Assembly (NCBI GenBank): GCA_015486185.1
Contig: WFSC01000373.1
Coordinates: 1-44,407, forward strand
Reading direction: 5' to 3'
Length of the DNA: 44,407 nt
DNA from: Bacteroidales bacterium
GTDB lineage: Bacteria; Bacteroidota; Bacteroidia; Bacteroidales; VadinHA17
Part shown: positions 17,179 to 25,051 of the stretch, in pieces
Layout: every line of letters begins with the position of its first letter
Position numbering within the stretch: position 1 is the first letter of the stretch
Program-made: the position numbers and the translations under genes
The notes under the pieces: generated by a model
The model's database searches: none
Told to the model about the DNA's origin: nothing
What the model saw: only the letters and a program-made list of their open reading frames with translations

Positions 17179-18996
17179 ATGACGATCCGTTTACTGACAT
17201 ACTCTCTCATCCTGTTGCTGCTTCATGTTCAGGGTTATCTTTTTGCCCAGCATGAGGAAAATTCGCCTGCAGATCCGGGAAGTACCAAAACATTGCTTAC
17301 ACCGTTCCGCCTTCCTCTTCCGGCCGATACAGGCACGATCAGATATATCGACCTCGACCATGACGGAGACCCTGATGTATTACAGACAATTATTGACGGG
17401 AACATCCCTGTACAATGGATCGATGATGATGATGACATGAAAAAAGGAGATATGGAAGGAGATACGGACAACGATTGTTTGATGATTGACAGGAACAAAG
17501 ACGGACGTTACGGTGGATCGCAAGATCTTATTATCGATTGGGACGATGAAGACGGTGATGGCAAAGCAGATATTCAGGTGCTGGTTGAGAACTCAAAAAC
17601 AAGCTATAAAGGAAAATGGAAATCACATATTGTATATATCTTTGACACGGATCATGACGGCATTTTCAATTATGTTGACTGGTCTGCGTTTAAACCGGAA
17701 GCATGGGATCACAGCGGACGGTGCCGTTTCTATCAGGATTATATGGGGCAGAGCCTGATGCTGAAAACACATATTTCCACCTTTTCTATTTCTGACTTGC
17801 GCTATAACTGGGAAAACCCGTTTCTTTTCTATGATGAAGATCATGACGGATATACGGAAATGGCGATCAGGCTGGTTGATGAACCGGAAAATGTTAAAAC
17901 GAAAAAAAACAAAAAAGAGCGCCATGACGGAGATAAGTATTATACTTTTTCATTCACCAAAAAGATCTCGCTGGCTCAGTTAACCTTTGACCTGGATAAT
18001 GACAACAGGGCAGGAAATGAATTTGATTATGATATGAGCCTGCAATTCTCCGGCACCGGTTTTTCATATGCCGGACAGGTTCATCATTATAACAGTCTGC
18101 GTGGTTTACCTGCGGCAGACCGGTATTTTTATGATCCCCGATGGCGGAGGCTGAATGAATTGATCTATTGTGGTCATGATACGGCCTACCGGATGATCTT
18201 TGACCGGGGCCAATGGTCCTCCTGTTGGATGGTCTTTGATGAAGATGATGATTGTCAGCGATGGGAAAGAGTGGAATTCTATATGCCTTTGGACCCGTTT
18301 ATACATGGAGCAAATAAAGGAGGGCTGGATAATAATCCGCAGGCCGATGTAAGCGGAGACCGTGGAGAATGGGATCTCGACTGCTCAGGCAAAGGAAATC
18401 TTTATATAAGCCCCATGGACGGGAAACTCCATCTATTGGGCGCTGAAACAGGATATTGGCGCATTGACCAGATGGCACTTTATTTCCAGGGATGGCAAGG
18501 ATGGCGCGGTCAGAATATACAGCCCCAGGACATGATTTTCGAAGAACCTAAGTCTTTCGCTACTATAAAATATGAAGATACTGACAGGAACGGATTCTTT
18601 GATAAAATGTCTTTTGATATGGACGGAGATCATAAATGGGAAACACAGATCCGTCTGGCAGATCTTGGATTAACAGATACTGCCGCTATACTGATAACAT
18701 CAAAAGAAGGATATAAGGGACTGCATCAGGCCTACGGGGATATGGCAAATAATATGTGGATCTTTGCCCTGCAAGCCATGAAAGTGGCAGATAAATATCA
18801 TTTGAATACAAGCTGGTATGCCTTTCTGAAAAACCCCGTTACCGAACATGAAAAATATTTCAACGGTTTTTGGCTTGCCTGGTATATTTACAGGGATCTC
18901 GTCAACTGGTCCAAAGCCAATCATAATAAACAGCTTATAAGAAAAATAAATCGGGCTTATTTCAGTTTTAACTGGGACCCGCTTTTAAAAAATTAA
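17179..18996 (+). CDS. Secreted hypothetical protein with multiple DxDxDG-type (FG-GAP/EF-hand-like) acidic calcium-binding motifs; function unknown
   Basis: 605 aa with signal peptide MTIRLLTYSLILLLLHVQGYLFAQ. Repeated acidic motifs include IDLDHDGDPDVL, DRNKDGRYGG, DWDDEDGDGKADIQVL, FDTDHDGIFNY, YDEDHDGYTEMAIRL, FDLDNDNRAGNEFDYD and FDMDGDHKWE. I could not assign a family by eye. Confidence 0.75.
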   Translation: MTIRLLTYSLILLLLHVQGYLFAQHEENSPADPGSTKTLLTPFRLPLPADTGTIRYIDLDHDGDPDVLQTIIDGNIPVQWIDDDDDMKKGDMEGDTDNDCLMIDRNKDGRYGGSQDLIIDWDDEDGDGKADIQVLVENSKTSYKGKWKSHIVYIFDTDHDGIFNYVDWSAFKPEAWDHSGRCRFYQDYMGQSLMLKTHISTFSISDLRYNWENPFLFYDEDHDGYTEMAIRLVDEPENVKTKKNKKERHDGDKYYTFSFTKKISLAQLTFDLDNDNRAGNEFDYDMSLQFSGTGFSYAGQVHHYNSLRGLPAADRYFYDPRWRRLNELIYCGHDTAYRMIFDRGQWSSCWMVFDEDDDCQRWERVEFYMPLDPFIHGANKGGLDNNPQADVSGDRGEWDLDCSGKGNLYISPMDGKLHLLGAETGYWRIDQMALYFQGWQGWRGQNIQPQDMIFEEPKSFATIKYEDTDRNGFFDKMSFDMDGDHKWETQIRLADLGLTDTAAILITSKEGYKGLHQAYGDMANNMWIFALQAMKVADKYHLNTSWYAFLKNPVTEHEKYFNGFWLAWYIYRDLVNWSKANHNKQLIRKINRAYFSFNWDPLLKN

Positions 18997-19083
18997 CCTG
19001 TATCGCTTCCGTCAAAAGATAAAATATTGTCTCCGGAAAATTTGGTTATTTTTATTTCGTCGTAAGGGAATAACTTGTTGCAG

Positions 19084-22000
19084 ATGAAAACGACCATTAA
19101 AACGTTCATCTTTTTTTGCCTGCTCTTCATTGAGGCGTTACCTTCGTGGGCCAATCCGGGATTGAGTTTTTATCATTATTATACAAAAAACGGCCTCCCT
19201 CATAATTACATCTACAGCATATGCCAGGATAGCAGGGGGTTTTTATGGATTGGCACACGCAACGGGATTGCACGTTTTGACGGATATGAATTTATTTCCT
19301 ATGATCCCGAATCACATGATCACGGACTGGTACCTGCTTATGTTACAGGTATCCGGGAAGATAAGAACGACAGATTATGGCTGTTTACCCCGGAAAGCAG
19401 TTTATTTTATTACATACCTGAAAGGGACAGTTTTTATTATCTGAAAGATAAATTCACAAGGATTTATCCGGATCATCAAAAATACGTATGGGTACTTTTC
19501 GGAACCCACCTTTATAAAATCCAACAGAATACCTTTCAAAATAAAACGAGCAGTTACGAATCCCCTGAACCGGGAACCTTTAAAAGGATCTTCCGGGAAA
19601 AGCATGATCAATTATGGGTATATGACACTTTTGATGAAGCAGACCTCAGTATCCTTCCGGCAAGTGCTGTCAAAAGGTACGATATCTCTGTCCCGGACAA
19701 AAAGACATTTTATGTGAACCAGTTTTACCGGGATACGGAAGGAACATTCTGGATCAGCACCTTTAGCAGCGGACTTATACATTTCGTACCGGATAATAAC
19801 GAGACTTTATATGCCATCTCGGCTGCATTACCTGATCATATTCCGGATAATCATGTTTACGGGGTATTCGAAAAATCAAAGGATGAACTGTGGATCGGAA
19901 CAATGAAAGGCCTATCCATTCTGGATAAAAGAACCGGTCATATTACCACCCTGCATAATAATTCCGGAGATCATGAAAGTATCAGTGATAATGTTGTGAC
20001 GACTTTTTATTTGGATAACTCGGGCACTATATGGGTAGGCACCCGTTTTGGACTCAACAGACTTCTCAGAAAGAAATTCATGCATTTTTACCATGAAAAC
20101 GGCAAGAACAGCCTGATCAATAATAACGTTCATGCTTTTTATGAGGATAAGAATAATGATATATGGATTGCCACCAGTAATGGACTGGATCGGTTTAACC
20201 GCAAAACTGAAAGGTTCAGGCATTATCCGGTTGACCAATCCAGGCCCGGATGGCTGGATGCCGCACCGATCACCCTGAGAGGAGATGACCTTGGCAACCT
20301 GTGGATCGGAACATGGCGGGGCGGACTCTTCTATTACGAGAAGAAAAAAAATATTTTTCATAAATTTCACCATGATCCGGATAACTCCGGCTCTATCATA
20401 AATAATAACATTTTCAGCATTTACATCGATTCCCAAAAACGGCTTTGGGTGGGTACCTGGGCTGAAGAGGGTCAGGAAGGAGGACTGGACAGGTATGACC
20501 CGGAGCAGAAGATATTCATCCATTATAAACCGGGTAAACAGAACGGATTGAGCGGCAACCGTGTAGGTTGTATCCTTGAAGATCATATGTCAAGGCTCTG
20601 GATAGGGACCATGAACGGACTGAATAGAATGACCGATCCGGAGAAGGAAACTTTTATTGTTTTCAGGAATGATCCGGACGACTCACTGTCCATCAGTAAT
20701 AACAAAATATCCTGTCTTTTTGAAGATGACAGACATGCTTTATGGATAGGGACAAGTCACGGTCTAAATAAGCTTCTTCCTTCCGGCACAGATTTTTTGA
20801 GAATAACTACAAACCACGGACTTCCTTCTAACTCGATCAAGGCGATTCAGGAAGACAGGGAGGGAAATCTCTGGGTCAGCACCAACAAAGGTCTGGCAGA
20901 GATCGTGAGAGATTCATTAACACAAAGGATAATCAATATTAAAAAATTCGATGTGGAAGACGGCCTTCAGGATGAGGAATTCCTGGAACGTTCCGTATTA
21001 AAATGTTCTGACGGTTCTTTACTGTTTGGTGGCACAAACGGTTTTAATCTTTTTGACCCGCAAAAGATCATAGACAACCCCACTCCCCCAAAGTGTGTCA
21101 TTACACAATTTCGTATCCTGCAACATGTAGCAAAACCGGAGGAAGATATCATGGGGAAAATTATCCTGACCCAACCTATCAGCCTGACAAAAGAAATAAC
21201 CCTGCCTCATAAATTCAATGTTTTTTCCATCGAGTTTGCCGGGTTGCATTATGAATATCCCGAAAAAAACAAGTACGCATACAAACTGACCGGATTTGAT
21301 AAAAACTGGCAATATACGGATGCGTCCAAAAGAATAGCAACCTATACCAATCTGGATGGTGGCAAATATGTTTTCGAGGTAAAAGCAGCGAATAGTGACG
21401 GTATCTGGAGTAATCAACCGGCAAAATTGATCATAAACATCACCCCTCCTTTTACCAGTACACTCTTCTTTAAGATCATTCTTTTTCTGAGCATTGTATT
21501 TATTGTATTTCTCTATTTCGAAGCCCGGCTATTGATCTCCCGTAAACAGAAAAAATTATTAAAACTGCAGGTCACGGTACGTACCAAAGAGATACAACGG
21601 CAAAAAGATGAGATCCTCCAACAAAAGGAACAGATAGAACACCAGGCCAATGAAATCCGAAGAATGAATGAACTGTTAAAGAAAAACAACATCAAACTTG
21701 CCGAACAAATCAAAGACCTTTCCGAAGCCAGAGTGATGCAGAAATTGCTGGATTACGACGAATTCAGAAAATTCTTCCCCGACCGGGATGCCTGCTATAA
21801 ACTGCTGGCAGAGCTGAAATGGGGAAATGGTTTTGTTTGCAAAAGATGTGGAAGTACCAAGTACAGTATAGACGAACCCTTTATCAGGAGATGCAAAGCA
21901 TGTAACTATAAAGAATCCGTTACAGCAGGAACTATCTTTCATCACCTTCGTTTCCCGATCGAAAAAGCCATGTACATACTCATCATAGCCAGTACGGGAA

Positions 22001-22182
22001 GAAAGATCAATATCAGCCAGCTATCCAAAACCCTATCGTTAAGAATGAAGACTTGCTGGAACTTTTATAACAAGGTAAAAAAACAATTATCTGTTCGCAG
22101 CAAAAAATCCAAATGGAAAAAAGGGAACTGGATAGATCTCCTGTTGTTGGATGAAAACCACCCGAGGGATAAGGAAAAATAG
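19084..22182 (+). CDS. Transmembrane one-component-like regulator: periplasmic two-component-regulator propeller repeats plus Y_Y_Y domain, one TM helix, a coiled coil, and a C-terminal IS1595-type transposase zinc-ribbon/HTH DNA-binding module with no DDE domain
   Basis: The ORF track starts at TTG 19075. ATG 19084 gives MKTTIKTFIFFCLLFIEALPSWA. There are about 11 propeller blades of the type 'D..G.LWIGT..GL.R(F/L)'. The Y_Y_Y segment is 'FAGLHYEYPEKNKYAYKLTGFDKNWQYT...YVFEVKAANSDGIWSN'. The TM helix is 'TLFFKIILFLSIVFIVFLYF' (about 21459-21518), followed by a coiled coil (about 21540-21730). The C-terminus is 'FPDRDACYKLLAELKWGNGFVCKRCGSTKYS...RRCKACNYKESVTAGTIFHHLRFPIEKAMYILIIASTGRKINISQLSKTLSLRMKTCWNFYNKVKKQL', with CxxC...CxxC at 21838-21903. 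Confidence 0.85.
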   Translation: MKTTIKTFIFFCLLFIEALPSWANPGLSFYHYYTKNGLPHNYIYSICQDSRGFLWIGTRNGIARFDGYEFISYDPESHDHGLVPAYVTGIREDKNDRLWLFTPESSLFYYIPERDSFYYLKDKFTRIYPDHQKYVWVLFGTHLYKIQQNTFQNKTSSYESPEPGTFKRIFREKHDQLWVYDTFDEADLSILPASAVKRYDISVPDKKTFYVNQFYRDTEGTFWISTFSSGLIHFVPDNNETLYAISAALPDHIPDNHVYGVFEKSKDELWIGTMKGLSILDKRTGHITTLHNNSGDHESISDNVVTTFYLDNSGTIWVGTRFGLNRLLRKKFMHFYHENGKNSLINNNVHAFYEDKNNDIWIATSNGLDRFNRKTERFRHYPVDQSRPGWLDAAPITLRGDDLGNLWIGTWRGGLFYYEKKKNIFHKFHHDPDNSGSIINNNIFSIYIDSQKRLWVGTWAEEGQEGGLDRYDPEQKIFIHYKPGKQNGLSGNRVGCILEDHMSRLWIGTMNGLNRMTDPEKETFIVFRNDPDDSLSISNNKISCLFEDDRHALWIGTSHGLNKLLPSGTDFLRITTNHGLPSNSIKAIQEDREGNLWVSTNKGLAEIVRDSLTQRIINIKKFDVEDGLQDEEFLERSVLKCSDGSLLFGGTNGFNLFDPQKIIDNPTPPKCVITQFRILQHVAKPEEDIMGKIILTQPISLTKEITLPHKFNVFSIEFAGLHYEYPEKNKYAYKLTGFDKNWQYTDASKRIATYTNLDGGKYVFEVKAANSDGIWSNQPAKLIINITPPFTSTLFFKIILFLSIVFIVFLYFEARLLISRKQKKLLKLQVTVRTKEIQRQKDEILQQKEQIEHQANEIRRMNELLKKNNIKLAEQIKDLSEARVMQKLLDYDEFRKFFPDRDACYKLLAELKWGNGFVCKRCGSTKYSIDEPFIRRCKACNYKESVTAGTIFHHLRFPIEKAMYILIIASTGRKINISQLSKTLSLRMKTCWNFYNKVKKQLSVRSKKSKWKKGNWIDLLLLDENHPRDKEK

Positions 22183-22281
22183 CGGATCATTATTCCTTTC
22201 CTGCAACAAACTTGTACCTTTTTCCCCTTTTTCTTTCATGAAAAGTATGCATCTTTGTATAAAATTATTATTTCTCATTCC

Positions 22282-23496
22282 ATGTCAGAATTTACCAATA
22301 ACAAAGATACGCGGGTAAACATGTTGGTCGGTCTGACCCAACAACTGATCCGGGGCGTGCGCGGCATCGACCTGCGGGATAAATACCGGCTGTTGTTCAA
22401 AAGCCTGGTACCTGCCGATATCATCACGGCAGTGGATGCACTGTACAAAATGGATATTCCGTTGGATGAATTGAAAACCGGCATTAATAAAATGCTGAAC
22501 CTTTTTCAGCTCAGGATACTGGAATACCCTGGACTGAAACCTGAAAAAGGATCATTCCTCTGGTATCTGAACAAAAACAATGAAGAACTAAAGAAAAAAC
22601 TGGCAGCCCTGCGGCCCAGAAATACTGCACTCAATAAAGATCCGGAAAATAAAGATCTGAGAGCTGAAATGCTGGCCGGTTTTCGCGAAGTGGAAAAGTT
22701 CATCCCGCTGTATGAAATAAAGGAAAATGTTCTTTTCCCTGCACTGGAAAGGGTATGGACAGACTACCGGTGTGTCCAGGTGATGTGGTCATACCATGAT
22801 GATATCCGCCGGGACCTGCAGGGACTGATCAACGAGATGGAAAAAGAACCTTTTGACATAAAAGCTTTCAACAAATTCCTGGGGAATATTTATTACAACA
22901 TGCATACCATTGTTTTCCGCGATGACAGGATCCTTACACCGGTGATGCTGGAAACCTTTCCGGCAGAAGAACTGAACCGGCTGCTTGAAGAAAGTCTGGA
23001 ACTGGAGTTTCCTTATGTAAAACCGGAGGAAAAAAGAAAAGAACAGCCGGCTTCTCTCAACAGCGAAAAGCGGGAACAAAAGCTGATCGACCTGGGTACC
23101 GGTCAGGTAACTCCCGAACAGATCGCCCTGATGTTCAATCATCTTCCGGTTGACATTACCTATGTGGATGAGAATGATGAAGTACGTTATTTTTCTTCAC
23201 CTAAAAGACGAATATTTACCCGCAGCGTCGCCATCATCGGACGAAAAGTACAGAACTGCCATCCACCTGACAGTGTACATATTGTACAAAAGATAGTGGA
23301 AGCATTCAGAAAAGGGAAAAAAGATGAAGCCAGTTTCTGGATCCAAACAAAAAACGATTACCTGCTGATACGCTACTTTGCTGTTCGTGACCCGGAAGGC
23401 AAATATCGTGGCGTTCTGGAGGTAACCCAGGAAATCGGGGAAATCCGGAAAATCGAAGGAGAGAAGCGATTACTGGATTGGGGAGAGGAAGGTTGA
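22282..23496 (+). CDS. DUF438 / hemerythrin-like / PAS-domain protein
   Basis: The ORF track starts at 22255. ATG 22282 (MSEFTNNKD...) is more likely. The C-terminal 'LPVDITYVDENDEVRYFS...RSVAIIGRKVQNCHPPDSVHIVQKIVEAFRKGKKDEASFWIQ' is the PAS module typical of DUF438 proteins. The central helical region contains 'WSYHDDIRRDL'. Confidence 0.75.
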   Translation: MSEFTNNKDTRVNMLVGLTQQLIRGVRGIDLRDKYRLLFKSLVPADIITAVDALYKMDIPLDELKTGINKMLNLFQLRILEYPGLKPEKGSFLWYLNKNNEELKKKLAALRPRNTALNKDPENKDLRAEMLAGFREVEKFIPLYEIKENVLFPALERVWTDYRCVQVMWSYHDDIRRDLQGLINEMEKEPFDIKAFNKFLGNIYYNMHTIVFRDDRILTPVMLETFPAEELNRLLEESLELEFPYVKPEEKRKEQPASLNSEKREQKLIDLGTGQVTPEQIALMFNHLPVDITYVDENDEVRYFSSPKRRIFTRSVAIIGRKVQNCHPPDSVHIVQKIVEAFRKGKKDEASFWIQTKNDYLLIRYFAVRDPEGKYRGVLEVTQEIGEIRKIEGEKRLLDWGEEG

Positions 23497-23511
23497 TCGC
23501 TGAGAACTTTT

Positions 23512-24426
23512 TTACGACCTTGGGTGATATTCTAAAATCGTACTCCTCAGATATTCTTTATCCAGATGTGTATAGATCTCGGTGGTCTGTATTGATTCAT
23601 GCCCCAACATCTCCTGTATGGCCCGCAGGTCAGCGCCTCCTTCCATCAAATGGGTGGCAAAGGAATGCCGAAAGGTATGCGGACTGACTGTTTTTGTTAT
23701 GCCGGCTTTCCGGGCAAGATCCTTGATCATCTTAAATACATATACCCGGGATAAACTACGGCCAAACCGGTTGAGAAAAAGGATATCCGTGTAGTCCGGA
23801 TCGACGGATTGCTGATTCCGGTCAAACAGGTACAGGTCTATTTCTTTCAGGGCCTTGTCATTGATGGGTACGAGCCTTTCTTTATTACCCTTTCCCAGAA
23901 TGCGTACAAATCCCTCTTCTCTGAAGATATTGGAAATACGCAGGTTGATCACTTCAGAGACACGCAGGCCACAACTGTACATCACTTCTATCAGTGCCTT
24001 GTTACGGTGGCCGTCGGACCTGCTCAGGTCAATAGCGGATTCAATGCGGTCAATTTCCTCAACGGATAACACTTCCGGCAAATGACGGCCCAGGCGTGGT
24101 GTTTCCAGAAGTGCAGTAGGATTAAAGGAAAGAATATTCTCCAACTGTAAAAAGCTGAAAAAACCCCGCAGGGCAGAGATCATACGGGCCTGGGTACGGA
24201 TGCTTATACCAGCCTCATTCAGTTCCCTGAAAAATAAGTCGAATAGTTGAGGTTCGGTATCTTCGGGCAGTATGCCGGGATAGGTAGAAATCAAATATTG
24301 CAGAAACCTGTAAACATCCCGGTGGTAGGCTTCTACTGAAGCGGGAGAAAGGGACTTCTCCAGTCGCAGGTAAGCCGTATATCGTGTCAGCAACCGGTTC
24401 CAGAGTATTTCCGAGGTTTCTGTCAT
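23512..24426 (-). CDS. xerD: Site-specific tyrosine recombinase XerD
   Basis: 304 aa with an N-terminal SAM-like core-binding domain (YLRLEKSLSPASVEAYHRDVYRF). The catalytic motifs are 'GLRVSEVINLR', 'HTFRHSFATHLMEGGADLRAIQEMLGHESIQTTEIYTH'. It sits in the xerD/aroQ neighbourhood that I recall as common in Bacteroidota. Confidence 0.9.
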   Translation of the reverse strand: MTETSEILWNRLLTRYTAYLRLEKSLSPASVEAYHRDVYRFLQYLISTYPGILPEDTEPQLFDLFFRELNEAGISIRTQARMISALRGFFSFLQLENILSFNPTALLETPRLGRHLPEVLSVEEIDRIESAIDLSRSDGHRNKALIEVMYSCGLRVSEVINLRISNIFREEGFVRILGKGNKERLVPINDKALKEIDLYLFDRNQQSVDPDYTDILFLNRFGRSLSRVYVFKMIKDLARKAGITKTVSPHTFRHSFATHLMEGGADLRAIQEMLGHESIQTTEIYTHLDKEYLRSTILEYHPRS

Positions 24427-24496
24427 GGAGAATTTTTATGAATGATAAAATTAATTATTTTTACCAGGGATAAAAAAATATTAACATAAAGAGAAC

Positions 24497-24949
24497 ATGA
24501 AAATACAGATCATCAACGGACCTAACCTGAACCTGTTGGGAAAAAGACAACCGGAGATATACGGTAATGCCGGTTTTGATGAATACCTTAAAACCCTCCG
24601 TGAGTTGTATAAGGACATGACCATCGACTATTTTCAAAGCAATGTGGAGGGTGAGATCGTTACAAAGATACAGGAAACGGGTTATGACCATGACGGGATC
24701 GTGCTGAATGCTGCCGGTTACACCCATACTTCGGTAAGCATTGCTGATGCGGTAGCGGCAGTACCTGCCCCGGTGGTAGAAGTCCATATTTCCAATATCC
24801 TGAAAAGGGAAGAATTCAGGCATATCTCATTGCTTGCACCTGTTTGTTCAGGTACTATCACCGGTTTCGGTCTGGATTCCTACCGTCTGGGTATCGAAGC
24901 GCTGCGCGTGATCCATGCTACCCGTCAGAATAAGAAATATAAGGTATGA
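24497..24949 (+). CDS. aroQ: Type II 3-dehydroquinate dehydratase
   Basis: 150 aa. Diagnostic motifs are 'MKIQIINGPNLNLLGKRQPEIYG', 'QSNVEGEIV', 'GIVLNAAGYTHTSVSIADA' and 'VEVHISNI..RE.FRH'. Confidence 0.95.
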   Translation: MKIQIINGPNLNLLGKRQPEIYGNAGFDEYLKTLRELYKDMTIDYFQSNVEGEIVTKIQETGYDHDGIVLNAAGYTHTSVSIADAVAAVPAPVVEVHISNILKREEFRHISLLAPVCSGTITGFGLDSYRLGIEALRVIHATRQNKKYKV

Positions 24950-25051
24950 CCTTTTTCTGATATCATGTACTATTACTATTCGTATCAATTTGTGTAATCC
25001 GTGGCAAAAAATATCTATCCGTATTATGTGCCGTTAATAAAACCGGAAATT

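Noticed and set aside
21750-22182. IS1595-family insertion sequence (mobile element)
   Set aside because: Only the N-terminal zinc-ribbon/HTH module is present, and it is in frame with the sensor. No DDE transposase domain and no terminal inverted repeats were seen, and the next gene begins about 100 nt downstream. I treated it as a domain fusion rather than a mobile element.
23512-24426. Tyrosine recombinase as a marker of an integrated element or genomic island (with tRNA-Ser at 43086-43172 as a potential att site)
   Set aside because: The sequence has full XerD-type motifs and sits next to aroQ, which I recall as a common chromosomal arrangement in Bacteroidota. No direct repeats of the tRNA 3' end, phage genes or conjugation genes are present between them.
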